Shown here: one piece after another, positions 1 through 12,964 of the stretch
Numbering within the stretch: the stretch's first letter is position 1
How the letters are laid out: every line of letters starts with the position of its first letter
From: Marsupella aquatica
Lineage: Eukaryota; Plantae; Marchantiophyta
Reading direction: 5' to 3'
Length of the DNA stretch: 64,000 bases
Assembly: GCA_973895155.1 (NCBI GenBank)
Contig: OZ316895.1
Coordinates: 24,681,538-24,745,537 of the forward strand
Made by a program: the position numbers and the translations under genes
Notes under the pieces: generated by a model
The model's database searches: none
Seen by the model: the letters and a program-made list of their open reading frames with translations, nothing else
What the model was told of the DNA's origin: nothing

Positions 1-121
1 TTTACTTTAATATTTTGTCATTGCCAATCATGACCCGATTCTTGGATCAGTTTTGAAATATTGTTACGGTTCTGCGTGTGTGCATACTTTTGAAAAGGTC
101 CCAGGCTCCTTTTGTTATGTT

Positions 122-250
122 GTGCAGAGATGGCCAGATAATGTTTTCTGAAACCATTTGCTCCATTGCCAATGAGTGCAGAGATGACCAAATAATGTTT
201 TCTGAAACCATTTGCTCCATTGCAAATGAGTGCAGAGATGGCCAAATAAT
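122..250. repeat. Tandem repeat, ~54-bp unit, ~2.4 copies
   Basis: gtgcagagatg(g/a)cca(g/a)ataatgttttctgaaaccatttgctccattgc(c/a)aatga recurs at ~122, ~176 and partially at ~230. Confidence 0.85.
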
Positions 251-321
251 CTAAACTAACCACCACGCACTATTCACTTTTATGAAGATTGCGCTTCGTA
301 CTTTGACACACGCACCAACTT

Positions 322-432
322 ACCACTTTTTGAAAGGTTGCTTCATTTTAGTAAAGGATGCCCTGAGTAATTTGTGAACCACTTTTTGAAAGGTTGCTTC
401 ATTTTTGTGAAGGATGCCATGAGTAATTTGTG
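322..432. repeat. Tandem repeat, ~55-bp unit, 2 copies
   Basis: accactttttgaaaggttgcttcatttt...aaggatgcc.tgagtaatttgtg occurs twice in tandem. Confidence 0.85.
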
Positions 433-559
433 CGGGCCACTACTTACCACCGTGCATATTACTGGAAACCAGCTAATAGCTATAAAGAATGTTATCCAAA
501 CAGATTTTGATGTCAATTCCTTCCGAAACACATGGTGGCTTCATAGCAGACCCCTCGTG

Positions 560-750
560 CATCCAGGCTTTTTCTACAAAATGAATTTTCTCGACTTCCT
601 CTAACCAAGAATGCTCAGCTCGGTCCATGCAGGCTTTTTCTACAAAATGAATTTTCTCGACTTCCTCTAACCAAGAATGCTCAGCTCGGTCGGTCCAGGC
701 TTTTTCTACAAAATTAATTTTCTCGACTTCCTGTAACCAAGAATGCTCAG
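560..750. repeat. Tandem repeat, ~66-bp unit, 3 copies
   Basis: caggctttttctacaaaat(g/t)aattttctcgacttcct(c/g)taaccaagaatgctcag occurs three times. Confidence 0.9.
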
Positions 751-1668
751 TAACGGAAGTCCCCAACTTTCAAAACACATCCAAGGTTTTGCCCCTGACG
801 TTCCATAAGGACCTTTGAAATCGGATTTCTCCAAAAATCCGAAGTAGAATGACAGGATTGCTGCGGCATTCAAATAAGTGCCTCGAAGTAGAGTATTACT
901 TCTTCGACCCTCCCTGGCCGATCATACTCAGGGTAGCCAACCCTGTATTTTCCCTACAGCTTAAACTTTAAGAATATAACTTCCAAATTGCCAACCTGTA
1001 GCCCTTTTAGTTCAATGAAAGATTACTTGATTTATACAATTATTAAAATTGAATCAATACGATACAACATCAAATCCACAAACAAACTATAAGATCTCCA
1101 AGAATAGATGAATACACGTCACAACCGACCACTCTAACAAGAAACGGGGATAGGCCATAGCTCCAGCAGGACAAAAGCAGAAATAGTTAAACATCCTCGA
1201 CTCGATCCGAAACCCTAAACACAGGATGCGTGACAGCATAATGAAATGACTCGAGGTATACATATACTTGTATCTTTACGAATTAATGTGTGCTGAGTAA
1301 GCAAGTAATGTTCACCATAAAATGGCGGCCTGCTATGAATCGTCACTGGTCTGATGTATGCTTGCAGAATCCCGATTCGGTGTGGATGACACTTATTCAG
1401 TCCATCACCAGATTCCCTCACTAGAAGGCGTTTCCAAACAGACTACATCGAGGTAGGGAGACAACTGGATATTCTTTTCCCGCCTCAAATCATCTCTACA
1501 GTCAGATGCAAGCTCCAGCTTCATGTGTAAAAATCTGATATGTTGCCTGTCGAGCCCGGTAGTTTGGATTGCATGTAAGAGGCTATGCTACATATTGTAC
1601 GAGGTTTCTTCCTCCTATTGGGCCCATAGGAGAAATTGACCTCAAGAATGCTCGCTGGGTGTACACAT

Positions 1669-2848
1669 CTATGCTAGAAAGCCAAGCTTCTCACCATTCT
1701 TCTTCGCGAGTCTAATTAAACCCTGCCTTTGCTTGGCATCTGCACCAATCGACTTGCAGAACTCGGTTATAACCTGCAAAACAAATCATTGATTCACGTC
1801 TATTAAATTTGATTAATTTCCTTCAATAGATCCACGCAGCATGCGGAGATTGATTCACAGTATCGTGTAAACAATCCCCATCAATCTTGCCTTTCCGCAC
1901 TTAACAGCATCACTATCAAGCATGAAGTGGTAAGATTTAAGACATTCACTGGGACAATTCCCATGTCAACTTTCAAAGGTATGTCCTAAACTCTTTATTT
2001 GACAAACTCAGTAGTCCGGGGTGGATAATGATTTGCCGACTTGACTACTCCGGGTGTGCTTTCTTACTTGACAGTCTGACTTCTCCAGTATGCTTAAACC
2101 TCAAAAGCAGCCATTGAAATTGACAGGCCGGGAGTGTACGGACTCAAAACTTGTAGTACTTTTGAATGCTAGTTACGCACACGGCGACCTTGACAAGGGA
2201 TGTGGATGTGACGCACTGACTACTCCAATGCACTAAAAGTTTGCTAAGCACCCAACGAGATCGACAACAGGCGAAAGCTGTTAACACTACGCCAAAGTTC
2301 GTGAAATTTACAAACGCACCCAGCAAGACGGGCAGTCAGCTAAGGTTGTGTGAGATTCGGTCAGAGGTCAAGCATGAAGACTTAAGTGGTCGAAGCATAG
2401 AATTTCATCGCTCGAATTACAGACATTGGAGTACCAAAGTTCTAGAACCCCGACGCAGCCTTTACAGAACAGTACCACTACATAAATTTCATAAACCTTG
2501 GATGTGTTTTAAATGGCCGCCATCACATACCTGAGAGTGTAAGGCGATACCCTTCCCCCGAACTTGGTTGAATTTCTTAGCCCCCAAGACGTTCCGCGCT
2601 ACTACAACAAGCGGGGCGAAGATACCTTTCCCCCCGTTCTTATTTCCCATCTGCACTTGAGGTCTAACAGGCCTTGTTCCGACCTTGACAAAATCTACCG
2701 ACCGCCTCAGATGCACTCTTCCATCTCCGCTCATCTGCGATCCCCACTGCTGACCACGCATTTCCGAGGGCGATAATCCTTTCGACAGCGTTAAACATTT
2801 TGTAGATGACGAAGATGGTAGCACCGCTGCCGCACTGAAGGCAGCCAT
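1669..2848 (-). CDS. PGR5: PROTON GRADIENT REGULATION 5, chloroplast (cyclic electron flow), 140 aa, 2 coding exons
   Basis: Exons 2848-2531 and 1773-1669, GT-AG, phase 0. Translation has a Ser/Ala-rich transit peptide then GKGIFAPLVVVARNVLGAKKFNQVRGKGIALHSQ|VITEFCKSIGADAKQRQGLIRLAKKNGEKLGFLA*, the conserved PGR5 C-terminus. A 5'UTR intron acceptor (ttacag) lies 11 nt upstream of the ATG. Confidence 0.97.
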
Positions 2849-5800
2849 TCTCTTTCCCTCTGTAACCAGTCACAATCGCTCCAAGCAAACCTTCCCTGGC
2901 ACAATCTAGGGCACTGTCTAGCTGAAAACAACACTGACACAAACCCGTGTACGCTCAGCAACGGATAATTCTCAGCTTCTGGGCACTCGGAGAACGATGT
3001 CCTCGCGAAATCGGAATTCAAGCCAACGTTCATACAAGCGATTCAAGCAGCTGATTAATACCTACACACTTTCCTCCTATTCAGCCGAGGCCTCGGACGG
3101 CGTCTGCTTCCAGACTTTCAGATCTGCCGTAGACAACAAGGAGCCAGCCAAACAGACAACGTAAGGCCAAAGGCAATTCTGTTCTACTGCAAAGGTCACC
3201 AAATCTCACGGAAACCGGACCGCTCCAGAGCAGCAGTTCCAGTCCAGTGGACGAGAAGAAGGCAACGATGCTGCTCCACCTCGCTCCTGCCGCAGTTCTT
3301 TTGACATGTCGAGAACAAATCGACACTTCCAGAGATGCGGCCGCAAATCAGAGCACAAAACGTGCGGCCAAAAGGAAAAGCGTATCTCGTCGACTCGGCA
3401 CAAATGAGCGGCCCCGAGTGAAGGGAGCTCGAAGAGAGAGCATCATGAGGCACAGCACAGTCGACGCTCGAGAGGGAGGACGCGAGACACGGAAGCTTGC
3501 AGCCACGACCACCGGAGCAGAGACTCCCCGGCCCGGCAGCCCGGCAGCCCTCCACTTGGCTAGAATAAAATCATCATTTCTGCAAATTCCCCATTCGTCT
3601 AGATAGAAACTCCTCTTCGATCGCCGTCCGTTCTTGAGAATCGACGGCTCCTGAAGGCAAGTCTCTGAGCGCATAAAAATCGAGAAAAGGATTTCTCACG
3701 TGTTTTAAGGTTAGCGCTCTGTTACCGTCACCGTCAGACAGCTACAGTAGACCGACGGTAACATCAGAGAGGCTGGAAATTCGACAATTGTGGTTAATAA
3801 TGTCATCAGAGTGGTCTCATGTCATCAGAGTTGATGTTCCTACTCCACCGAAATGCGGAGCAGGTTGCAGACTAATTAAGGGCGGTAGCTGGGGACCACT
3901 GGTCAAGTTGCTTCTTTCCCCTGATACGTGGACCTCTCGTATCCGATAATAAGATTATTGGAGCACTGGTGAAAGGAGGCCTATCACAGGTTCCCTGGTG
4001 TAGAAGGCTGCCTACTCATGGTACTGGAGCTGGGGCACCCACCTGCTTGCCTGAGGGCGCCCAAAAATGAGATGAAAAATATGATAGCGGGAGGGTGGCG
4101 AGAATTAACCCAGATTGTCCCCCAAAAGTGTATGGTACGCTGCCAAGAAACAAAAAAGGGGTCCATTTGAGAGACACAATTCCACAAGCAAAAGACCCAA
4201 TACAGGGAAGGCAACCAAAGAGCCCAAAAGTTAGACCCTGGGAGATGTCCACCACAACAACAACCAGGAACAAACAGCCTAAACTCTACCTGGCTACCAA
4301 GTGACGAGCCTGGTAGAGTTCTGGGGTAGTCTGTGTAGGAGGGTCACACAAATGAACTTGACAAGGGGCTATGATGACGAAACCAAGGGCTGGGATATAT
4401 ACCGCTTTTGCTCTACACATATAAAGCACCCTGCAAGATCAAAGGCCCAATCAAAGGAAGGGTCAAAGATTGGGTGTAATGCCGAGTGTAGAACCCCAAA
4501 ACCTCCACAGCTGACATGTAGAACATGCCTTTGGGGTAACACAATACATAAAACTTACTCCTTAAGCCAGCAGCCCTCCAATGGCATGGCCGGGGACATT
4601 GGCAATTGTTGCAACCTTCATAATTGCGTACACCCATAGACCCACAATACGATCAGCAACAACCACGTTCGCAAGGGCCTAAACTCCAGGACAAGACAAA
4701 CTAAATCTGCACGTTGCTGATCACAAAGCCTATTCTCGGGTGGCAATGCATGTCATTGCTCCCTTTTGCCAGGGTACCCTGAGTCAAGGGCAATAGTGAC
4801 CACCACATCTCAAATGTGAGTGTCGCAATCCTCTCACTACCATGGCCACACCATAGAATATGGAGGCCCTCCCTGCCCAATGATGCCCCACAAACACAAC
4901 TATGTTGGCCTAGGAGGCATGGGTGTCTGAGGTAGACCAAGCTTGAGGGACATGGGCATGAAGAAGATGAGAGAACGCATCCAAAAGGGGCCCATAGTGG
5001 TCGATTGCTAGACAGCCAGGCTCCCAAACCAAGGCCAGAACAAAATCATAAAAGACATGCCCAAGCCAAGTCCAAATGTGCATTAGACAGCTCATGCTAG
5101 CAGGCATGCTAGAAAGGGTCTATCAGTGCGTACATGCGGTCAAAAATTGATTGCTGAACTCAGTCCATAGTATCTAATACAACCCCCTCAAAAGCAAGAA
5201 CCACTCTCCACACATCTTTAGGAAAGAGGGAGTTGGCATGGCCAAGCTTTAGGGTTTAGGTGGAGAGGGCTCCATTCTCCCAAGATGTAGTCAACAAGAT
5301 AGGCCCAAGGTCCCAAATTCAGCAGCTGATGGAAACAACCAACAAGGAAAGCAATTGAAGACTAGGGGTGGGTCGGGGGCAGGGTGGAAGAGGAGTCCCA
5401 AAGAGCTAGCAAGACAGAGCAATGGTGTCGTGCCAATCATACCAGCTGGGGCAGATGTCTCATTGGACCTCAACATCAGAGGGGGAAGTGGAAGGGGAGG
5501 AGTGAGGGGAGGAGGGTGGTGTTGGTGGACCAAAAGAGGGGTGGAGAAAGAGGACATGATGGGGAAAGGTACGTGGAGGAGGGGGGAATCCTATCGAGAG
5601 GAAGAAGGGGAAGTGGAAGAGGAGGAGTGAAGGGAGGAGGGTGGTCTTAGTGGACCAAAAGAGGAGTGTCCGAGGAAGAAGGAGATGACAGGGAAAGGTG
5701 GAGGAGGGGGGAATCCTACCTAGAAGAAGAATTCCGGCCATGAGGTCCTAGCTCAGGTACACTCATCACCTAAAAGGGGGTGAGACAGGCCAACAGCTTC

Positions 5801-6559
5801 CATGGCCCCCAAAGGCCGTTGGGCAGCTCAAGCTCAAAAACTAAAGGGCTGGCTGCAGGCACAGCCACCAGTCCCCAAAGCAGCACCAACCCCGAATAGG
5901 TGCCCCACCCCCAGCCTTGGGGGAACTCTCTCCCCAATAGAGCAACTCAAACCTGCACATTCCCAAGAATTTTTAGACAGACAGATGGAAAACATGTGCC
6001 CGGTCATGACCAAAACTAGGATTTTGGTCAAATTTACCTCGTTTGGGCTTTGTTTTGAGACGGGTCACACCACGCCCCCGCAGAACAGCGCACATCATCC
6101 ATTTTTCAATGGGCATCGACCATTCTTGAAGGGCGCCGACGCATTTCTTGTGGAGCAATCCTTTGTGCAGAACTTGGTGCACCGATCGCCCGAGTTACTG
6201 ACAAGCATGGTTTGCAGGAGCCACATATTCTTGGTCCACAACCTGGTCCACAGAATTATGGTCACTAGAAACCTCCAGGAAACAACTAATTTGAGACGAC
6301 CTAATGGCCAACTCTAATCTGGGATCAAACAATTGTGCTTCTCAATATACAACCAAGGGCATTCAGCCTGTTAGCTGAAGCTCAGCAAGTAGTCCCGGTC
6401 CAAAAGGTCTTGCAAAGATGTGCAAGATTGCAAGTCTGGCTATCAGTAAAGGACCTCAAGCTGCACATGTACGTTATCAATTTTAGCAAACGATGTTTTG
6501 TGGCTTGGCAATGTTGGCTTAGCAAATTGCTTGGCTAGATATCACTGAGAGAGTTTAGA

Positions 6560-7260
6560 TGTTAGAAGCATTTGCAACCGGGTTTGCAACAAATGAGTTC
6601 CCAGGATGTTTAGGGCTCATATTGATGGGTCCCTCATGTCACTCACTCAACGCCCAAAGGAACATGGAGAATGTTACTATGACATGAAAAATCAATACTC
6701 CATCAACATTCAAGTAGTGTGTGACTACAAGCAGAAAATAATTTTCATGTTCACAGGTATACATATTTGGCTTAGCCTTCACATTTTGAATTGTACAGTA
6801 TTGTTGTTAGTACATTCAATGTGTTGCATTGACCCCACATAAACTGTGAATTATTTCAGGGATGCCATGATCCTATGGTGATCTCACCAGCATTAGGGGG
6901 TCTCCCTTGTCGCAGTATTGTAACCAGGTCACTGTTCTGAACTGCTTGTTCTAGGAGGGGCAGTACATATTGAGAAACTCTGGCTACCAGGCCTGTCCCC
7001 ATATAGTATGTTCCTTCAAGAGGGCAGATATATCAAACAACAAAGAGGATTTCAACCGGGATTTCACCACTTGTGTTACAAAATGTCATATCACCAATGA
7101 ACATTGTATTGGAGTTTTAAATCTCATTGGCATTCACTGAAAGAGGTGAGGGTTCAGCTAAATAAAATAAATAAATTCAGTTTAATTGCTCGGATGGATA
7201 GGCCTTTGTTACAATAAACTGCATTATTATGTGATAGGTCAAAACAATGAATGGACTGAA
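6560..7260 (+). mobile_element. Decayed PIF/Harbinger (HARBI1-like DDE) transposase remnant
   Basis: AHIDGSL...RPKEHGECYYDMKNQYSINIQVVCDYKQKIIFMFTG, then an intron and degraded HD / SGY / PFK / FN / EHCIGVL motifs with stops and frameshifts. Element termini not found; 3900-8450 is probably TE-derived overall. Confidence 0.85.
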
Positions 7261-9550
7261 GATGATCAGATGAGGATCATGACTCAGTGGAGGGGGCAAA
7301 CTTAGCTGAGTATGAAGGACAGTCCAGGAGTAGCAGACGAGCAATAACATAGGCTAGGAACTCGGCTACAAATGCCTTGCTAGCACAAGTCATGGACTAT
7401 GCAGTGGCATTTCATAGAGCCCCTAGGAGATTTTTATCAAGTGAAGGGCTGCTCTTCATGAGAGTTTCCTGGTAAGTATGCTCTTTGCAGTTTGCCACAT
7501 ATGTATGGTCCTAAGTACAAGTATTATCAGGCACATGCGAGGGTCAGTTTAGGGTCATGCATGCAGTTTAGGTTGCTATATAATGAATTGGAAGCTTGCA
7601 CATTGTCCCATCCTGGCTCCTCATATCTTTTGTGCATCAAAACAGAACTGGACTTCTATCTAGAGTGTGAGGGCAACACAATGGAGAATCAAAAGCTTGG
7701 CTTGTAGGGAGGGGTAACCGATGCATCCATGTGCATTGCAATTTGGGGCTTCCCAACATGGCCATTGGGGTCCGTCATTCCTTTCAGGGGCATTTGGGGC
7801 ATCTGCTTCTTTGGCCTCTGTTGTTTTGTCTGCAATTTCTTGTGCTCGCCATCATTCTATCCTTGGCATCAATCACTTGAATCCTAAATGCATTCTTCTC
7901 TGCCAATTTTCCAGCATGCACCTCAGGGATTGGGCCTTGGTGTGGGACACCCTACTGCATATATTGAAGATGAAGCCTACTTTTGCCAAATTGTCTTACT
8001 GAATTGTATTGTGGCCAACGTTTGGAATTAGAAACAGCCAATCATAGGAAACCATGACTTATTTATGGGAGTTTCACGTTAATCTGAGCTGGTTCATTCC
8101 CATCTGTACTCATCTCCAAAAGTGCAATGTACATTTGAGGATATAAATGTGGGCTTGTGGATGAGACCAATCAACATTTGAGGATATAAATATGGTCTTC
8201 AGGATGAGACCATTCAATGGAACGAGTATTCGCGTGTGGGCTGGTGTGGGTCTGCGGTATGGAGAATTCACATTGTCATGTGGGCTGGTGCTTGACAGCT
8301 TGAGCGAGATGTGTGAGAGAGAGTCCACACATGATGGTCAGACGGTGGGTGTGTGGCCTTGTCGTATCTGGGAAAATAAATGCAGGTTGCTTTCTACACA
8401 TTATTGTGCCCTGGCTTGTACGTGTGATGTCGTTCAGCCCAAGAGATTCCAGAATAGCTTGCTTTCACTTTAAATAAAGAGTAACTTTTAGTTTGGGATT
8501 CTTTATCACAATTGCAGTTAGAGACTTTCCTTTCGTCTCTGTTATATTCTTCCTGCCTTCTAGATTTCTAGAGGCTTCTTGTGTCTCTTGCACTCCGTTG
8601 CTTTGACAGATTTTTGGGTTCAGAGGGCGAGTGGAAACTTCGTGGCTACTCTTAGCAAAATCGTCTTGCAATCAACGCTGGTTCCCAAGGCCCAGAGGTC
8701 CTGTGTCTAACAATAAGTATTTGCCATTCCTGGTTTGTACAGTTGCATTACAATATTTCACCAGACTGCCGAGATCCTTTCCATCTTCCCCCGAACACTG
8801 CCAAACAATTTGTTCTGCAACGTTATTCTTCACTACACCCGCACTCGCAAGATCGAACTTTCGCCATTCGGTTCACAGTCAGGTTGAGCCATCATGCAGA
8901 CCATCAGGAAAGGCAAGCTTTCATCCCTTCCAATTGCTTGCTTGCACCTCCAATGGCCATCTGTCTAAACCCTGTAGTTGTTTTCTGTTCCTTTCATCTT
9001 TTTACCCCCACCCCCCCCCACCCGGAATTATTTTGTTAGTCGAGGCTAACAAAATTATAGTAGCCATGAGAAATTGACACAACCTCGTCCTTGCCATCTT
9101 GCGTAAGAACTTGTCTAAGGAACGCCGTGAGTAGATACTACTGTACGTGATTGTACGTATGTGTCTGTCGGACTGATGTGGAAGGTTGTTAGAGGAGATT
9201 ATTATAGGATGTTTCCCTCCTTGCGGTCCTTGGTGGTTTTGTGCCTTTTTTCCGTGTCGGCTTTTTACCTCAACGAGCCAGTGAAGGAGTTCGTCAAGAT
9301 TGTCGGTGATGTGCGTACAGCAGCAGGACCTTGAGGGGTGCATTACAACCAGCGATCACTGGGACCATGTCTGAATTCAAAGTTTCGGCCTTATAGGGGA
9401 TTTCTCCATCTCCAGTCAAGTCGCCTGTCCGAGTGTGCCTTAAGTCTTGTGGGTCTCGAGTTTTTTCCTTCGTTGATTTCTGATTTCTGTGAGGGTGGGC
9501 AATTCGTTTTTTTCCTTGCTTTTTGCGGGTCGCTTCTCGTTGCTTCAGCC

Positions 9551-11697
9551 ATGGGGGCCAACACATCGAAAGACGTAGTTCCGGAGAAGAATGTGCACGA
9601 GTTCACAGTTCAGGTATGTGCCGGAGCGGAAATGTTGCCCGGTTTGGTTTTGTTTTGTTTTGTTTTGTTTTGTTCTGTTCCTTTCCAGCGGATTGACGTT
9701 GTGCTGGGACTGATTTGCCTACTCATTTTTTCTCTTTGCGAATTCCTTATAGATGACAGACCCAATTGGTTATTTCCTTGAACTTTGGATTCGTCCCGCT
9801 TATTGTGGATTACTGTGTTATCTCGTGCGTCGGGTCTAGAGAGTCTCCCTGTCCTTGCACATTATCTGCTGTTGCCGTTAAAAGTGAAGGGCTAAAGATG
9901 AAGCAAGGGAATGAAAGATCAATTACACAACGTGGCCACTGCCAGAAGAGGGTTTGACCGTCAAAGTCATTCATTGATTTATTGTGGCGTTGAGATTTAC
10001 GTTACCATATTTACCTAAACTTCTGCGAAATTGGATATACTTGCTTGCGGGTAGTATGAGAGCTGGCCTTGACTCCGATAGGTTGTTAGGAGGTTTTGTA
10101 ATGCGGGCTCGAATCAGAAATCATATTTTGCTCACTCGCTCGGAAAATTGACTTTCTGATGTGGATCATGATCAGGATGCATCTGGCAACAGTGTGGACT
10201 TGAGTACGTACAAAGGCAAGGTCTTACTGATAGTTAATGTGGCATCGCAGTGGTAATTCATCTGATGTCCCCCAAATTTGGTAATCATGCCCCGGTCCGT
10301 GCCTAATGAATGAAATTCCATTCGAATGCTTTTCATATGTGAGGACTGTCTTTTCATCAGACTAGATCTAATTTCCAGAAACATTTGTGAGTTCGTCCAT
10401 GTAGCAAAAAGAGCGCGATGACTCTTGTTTTATAATTGCAAACGCCTTTCTATTATTATGTTACATTTGGTCATACTTTGCTTCAGTAATCACTCTAGTA
10501 GAGTTGCGATTTCTTTGAACCTTTCTTTATATGCTGCAGTTAATTATTTTCCTGCATGGAGCAATAGCATCTTATCATCCAGCTGTTGCTTGGCTTGGGC
10601 TCTGTTTGTGCACAGTGGGTTGACGAAATCTAACTACAAGGAGCTCACAGAGATACATAACAAGTACCGAGATCAGGGTAGGGAATATCTATCTGAAGAT
10701 TTACATTGTCTCTATCGGGATAAGCTTCTTCCGAATGAATGGAATTCAAGATCTTACAGTCTTTGTCAGCTCAAGCCTGCTTCGTTTTTCGTCTTGTGGA
10801 CACGGTCTCTAAACTTGCATGTGTAGTTTCAGGGGCACCCACTTTGGATTGATATCTGGACTTGACTCTGGTTTTCCGTACAGGTTTTGAGATTTTAGCT
10901 TTCCCTTGCAATCAATTTGGCGGTCAGGAACCAGGAACCAACGACGAAATCAAAGAATTCGCTTGCACAAGGTTCAAAGCTGAATTCCCCATTTTTGACA
11001 AGGTAAGTTAGACTCTTTCTTGTGATTGCTTAGTGTGGCGTTCATTTTGAAAGTCATGAAGTTTCATGAAGCAAGACATGTTTCCAGTTCGTTAGGGTAT
11101 TTAATTTTATACAATGGTTCGTGGGTGTTCCAACAACCTCACAGGTGAATGTTAATGGAGCAGAGACAGCCCCATTGTACAAATTTTTGAAGGCAAGCAA
11201 AAGCGGAGGTATTCTGGGAGATAGCATCAAGTGGAATTTCTCCAAATTTCTCATTGACAAGGAGGGAAATGTTGTGGATAGATATGCTCCAACGACAAGC
11301 CCCACAAAGATAGAGGTACCTCGTTGTTGTCTTCGTGGCAAAAGGCTTCGCCAGTCACCAATTACTTGGATAGTTTAAGATGCCATCTGCAGGCCAAGAG
11401 CAGATGTTCACTGGCTGGGAGATAGTACTGAGGGTCCGAGTCAAACTTCTCATGCTTTGATCTGGGTTTTAATCGATGATTAGTCACAGAGCTTGCCAGC
11501 CATTTATTTGGGATTGAATGGTCTGAATATTTATCTAGTTGAGTTCATATCTTTAGATTCCAATTCCTGACATCGATTTGCAGACACAGTGCATGCTTGA
11601 TGAAACGATATGTAAGAAATATGTGCCTGAACGTTGCTGATGAATGGTATGGTTATCGTGTTTTTTTCTGCAGAAGGATATCAAGAAACTCTTGTGA
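9551..11697 (+). CDS. GPX: Glutathione peroxidase-like (Cys-type plant GPXL/PHGPX), 171 aa, 6 exons
   Basis: Exons 9551-9613, 10176-10252, 10616-10677, 10884-11002, 11145-11315, 11674-11697, all GT-AG. Motifs [14 protein letters not shown] (Cys TG|T split by intron 2), [39 protein letters not shown]. Confidence 0.97.
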
Positions 11698-12964
11698 CCG
11701 GGTTTCGAGTGTACTCTTGCACTGTCAGAAATTTTTATTACTCGTTTCATTGCGCTGTGCAAGTCTCCCTAATGAAGCCAGTGGCATACGAGTGAAATAT
11801 GCTCCGAGGATTGTGAAGCATCAGAGTTCTAGAAAAACTGAAATATGCGACCTCTTGAAAGTAATGTGACCATAGCTGTAGTGAATAAAAATTACCAGAA
11901 AACTTCAAGCTTCGCCAATTGTAGATACAATCAAAGTGACTTGTAGGGCTTGGGCGAAGGTTTGTTCCCTTTCAAACTCTTACTTGCCCTTTTAACATTT
12001 TATTATTAATTTCTTTGTAGGCAGGTGAGGCACGAGGGGTGTAGGGGATGATCCTCCACTGTCTGCAGGATTGCTTATAATAGTTTTTATTTATTATATT
12101 TATGGCATTCCTCAATGTAAGGGAATGATCCCCCATTTTCTGCATGATTGTCTATTACTTTTTTTTTCAACGCTTAGGAGAGAAGTTACAGAACATGAAC
12201 ACATGCTAGTGAATTAGTTCTATGGTGCAGTTCTAGTTTGATGCTGCTGGTTGCTACACTCTCTTTGGATTCTTGGCTTTCTTTGTACATACTAGCTACA
12301 ATGGATGACTGAACTTACTTCCTGGAAACCTGCATACAATGATGCAACCAAACAACTGATTTCGGTGGACTGTTCTTTTAATCTAGGACAGAAACGGTCA
12401 GTCATACCATCACCACGAAGAGTTGATTGATTGTCTATCTCTAGATTGAAAGACGTCACTTCGCTTGCAAAATGTTGAGTAGCATATCATTTCAATTCTG
12501 CGCAATGTAACATACAGGATCTGCCCATCCAAGTAAAGAATTCGTATGAGAATGAGGACGCCTTCTGGCGATCACTCAGTCCAGTCAACAGTTGGCGAGA
12601 ACTTACATTTCCCACCCCAAAAAGTCCGGGTAACTGAAGTGGATTCCCGTTTCACAAAATAATAAGTCCTGATCACCTGAGACTCTTCATAAAAAGTTAA
12701 CTGTTCAAGATCTGAATTTGAAAGGGAAATTATGAGAACCTCTTAAACCAAACCGTTGTGCATAGCTTAAGCAACTAGAGTTTGAATGAGGTTTAAGCTT
12801 TAACTCCCAAAGAAAACGGCTTTAACAACTTCAGTTATAAGTAAACTGCACTGATTGTAAGCAGCTCCCTATTCATGCACCGAGTATGCAAGGCCTCGCC
12901 TCTTGTCTACTTTCGGTATCAAGTAAAGTTTCCTTAAAGTTGAAACTACCATCAACTGACCAAA

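Noticed and set aside
122-750. CRISPR-like arrays (also 39990-40450)
   Set aside because: Head-to-tail repeats without unique spacers, in a eukaryotic context with no cas genes.
3081-3674. Overlapping 80-120 aa ORFs upstream of PGR5
   Set aside because: GC-rich leader/promoter sequence with no recognisable domain or splice-supported structure.
5291-6317. ORFs including the 171-aa frame 5802-6317
   Set aside because: Low-complexity purine-rich or TE-derived sequence with no assignable motif.
3875-8600. Full-length Harbinger element with TIRs and a Myb partner gene
   Set aside because: No matching right TIR was found for the TAA-GGGCGG candidate end, and no confident Myb motif.
10250-10618. 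Selenocysteine in the GPX active site
   Set aside because: The split codon is TG|T (Cys), not TGA.
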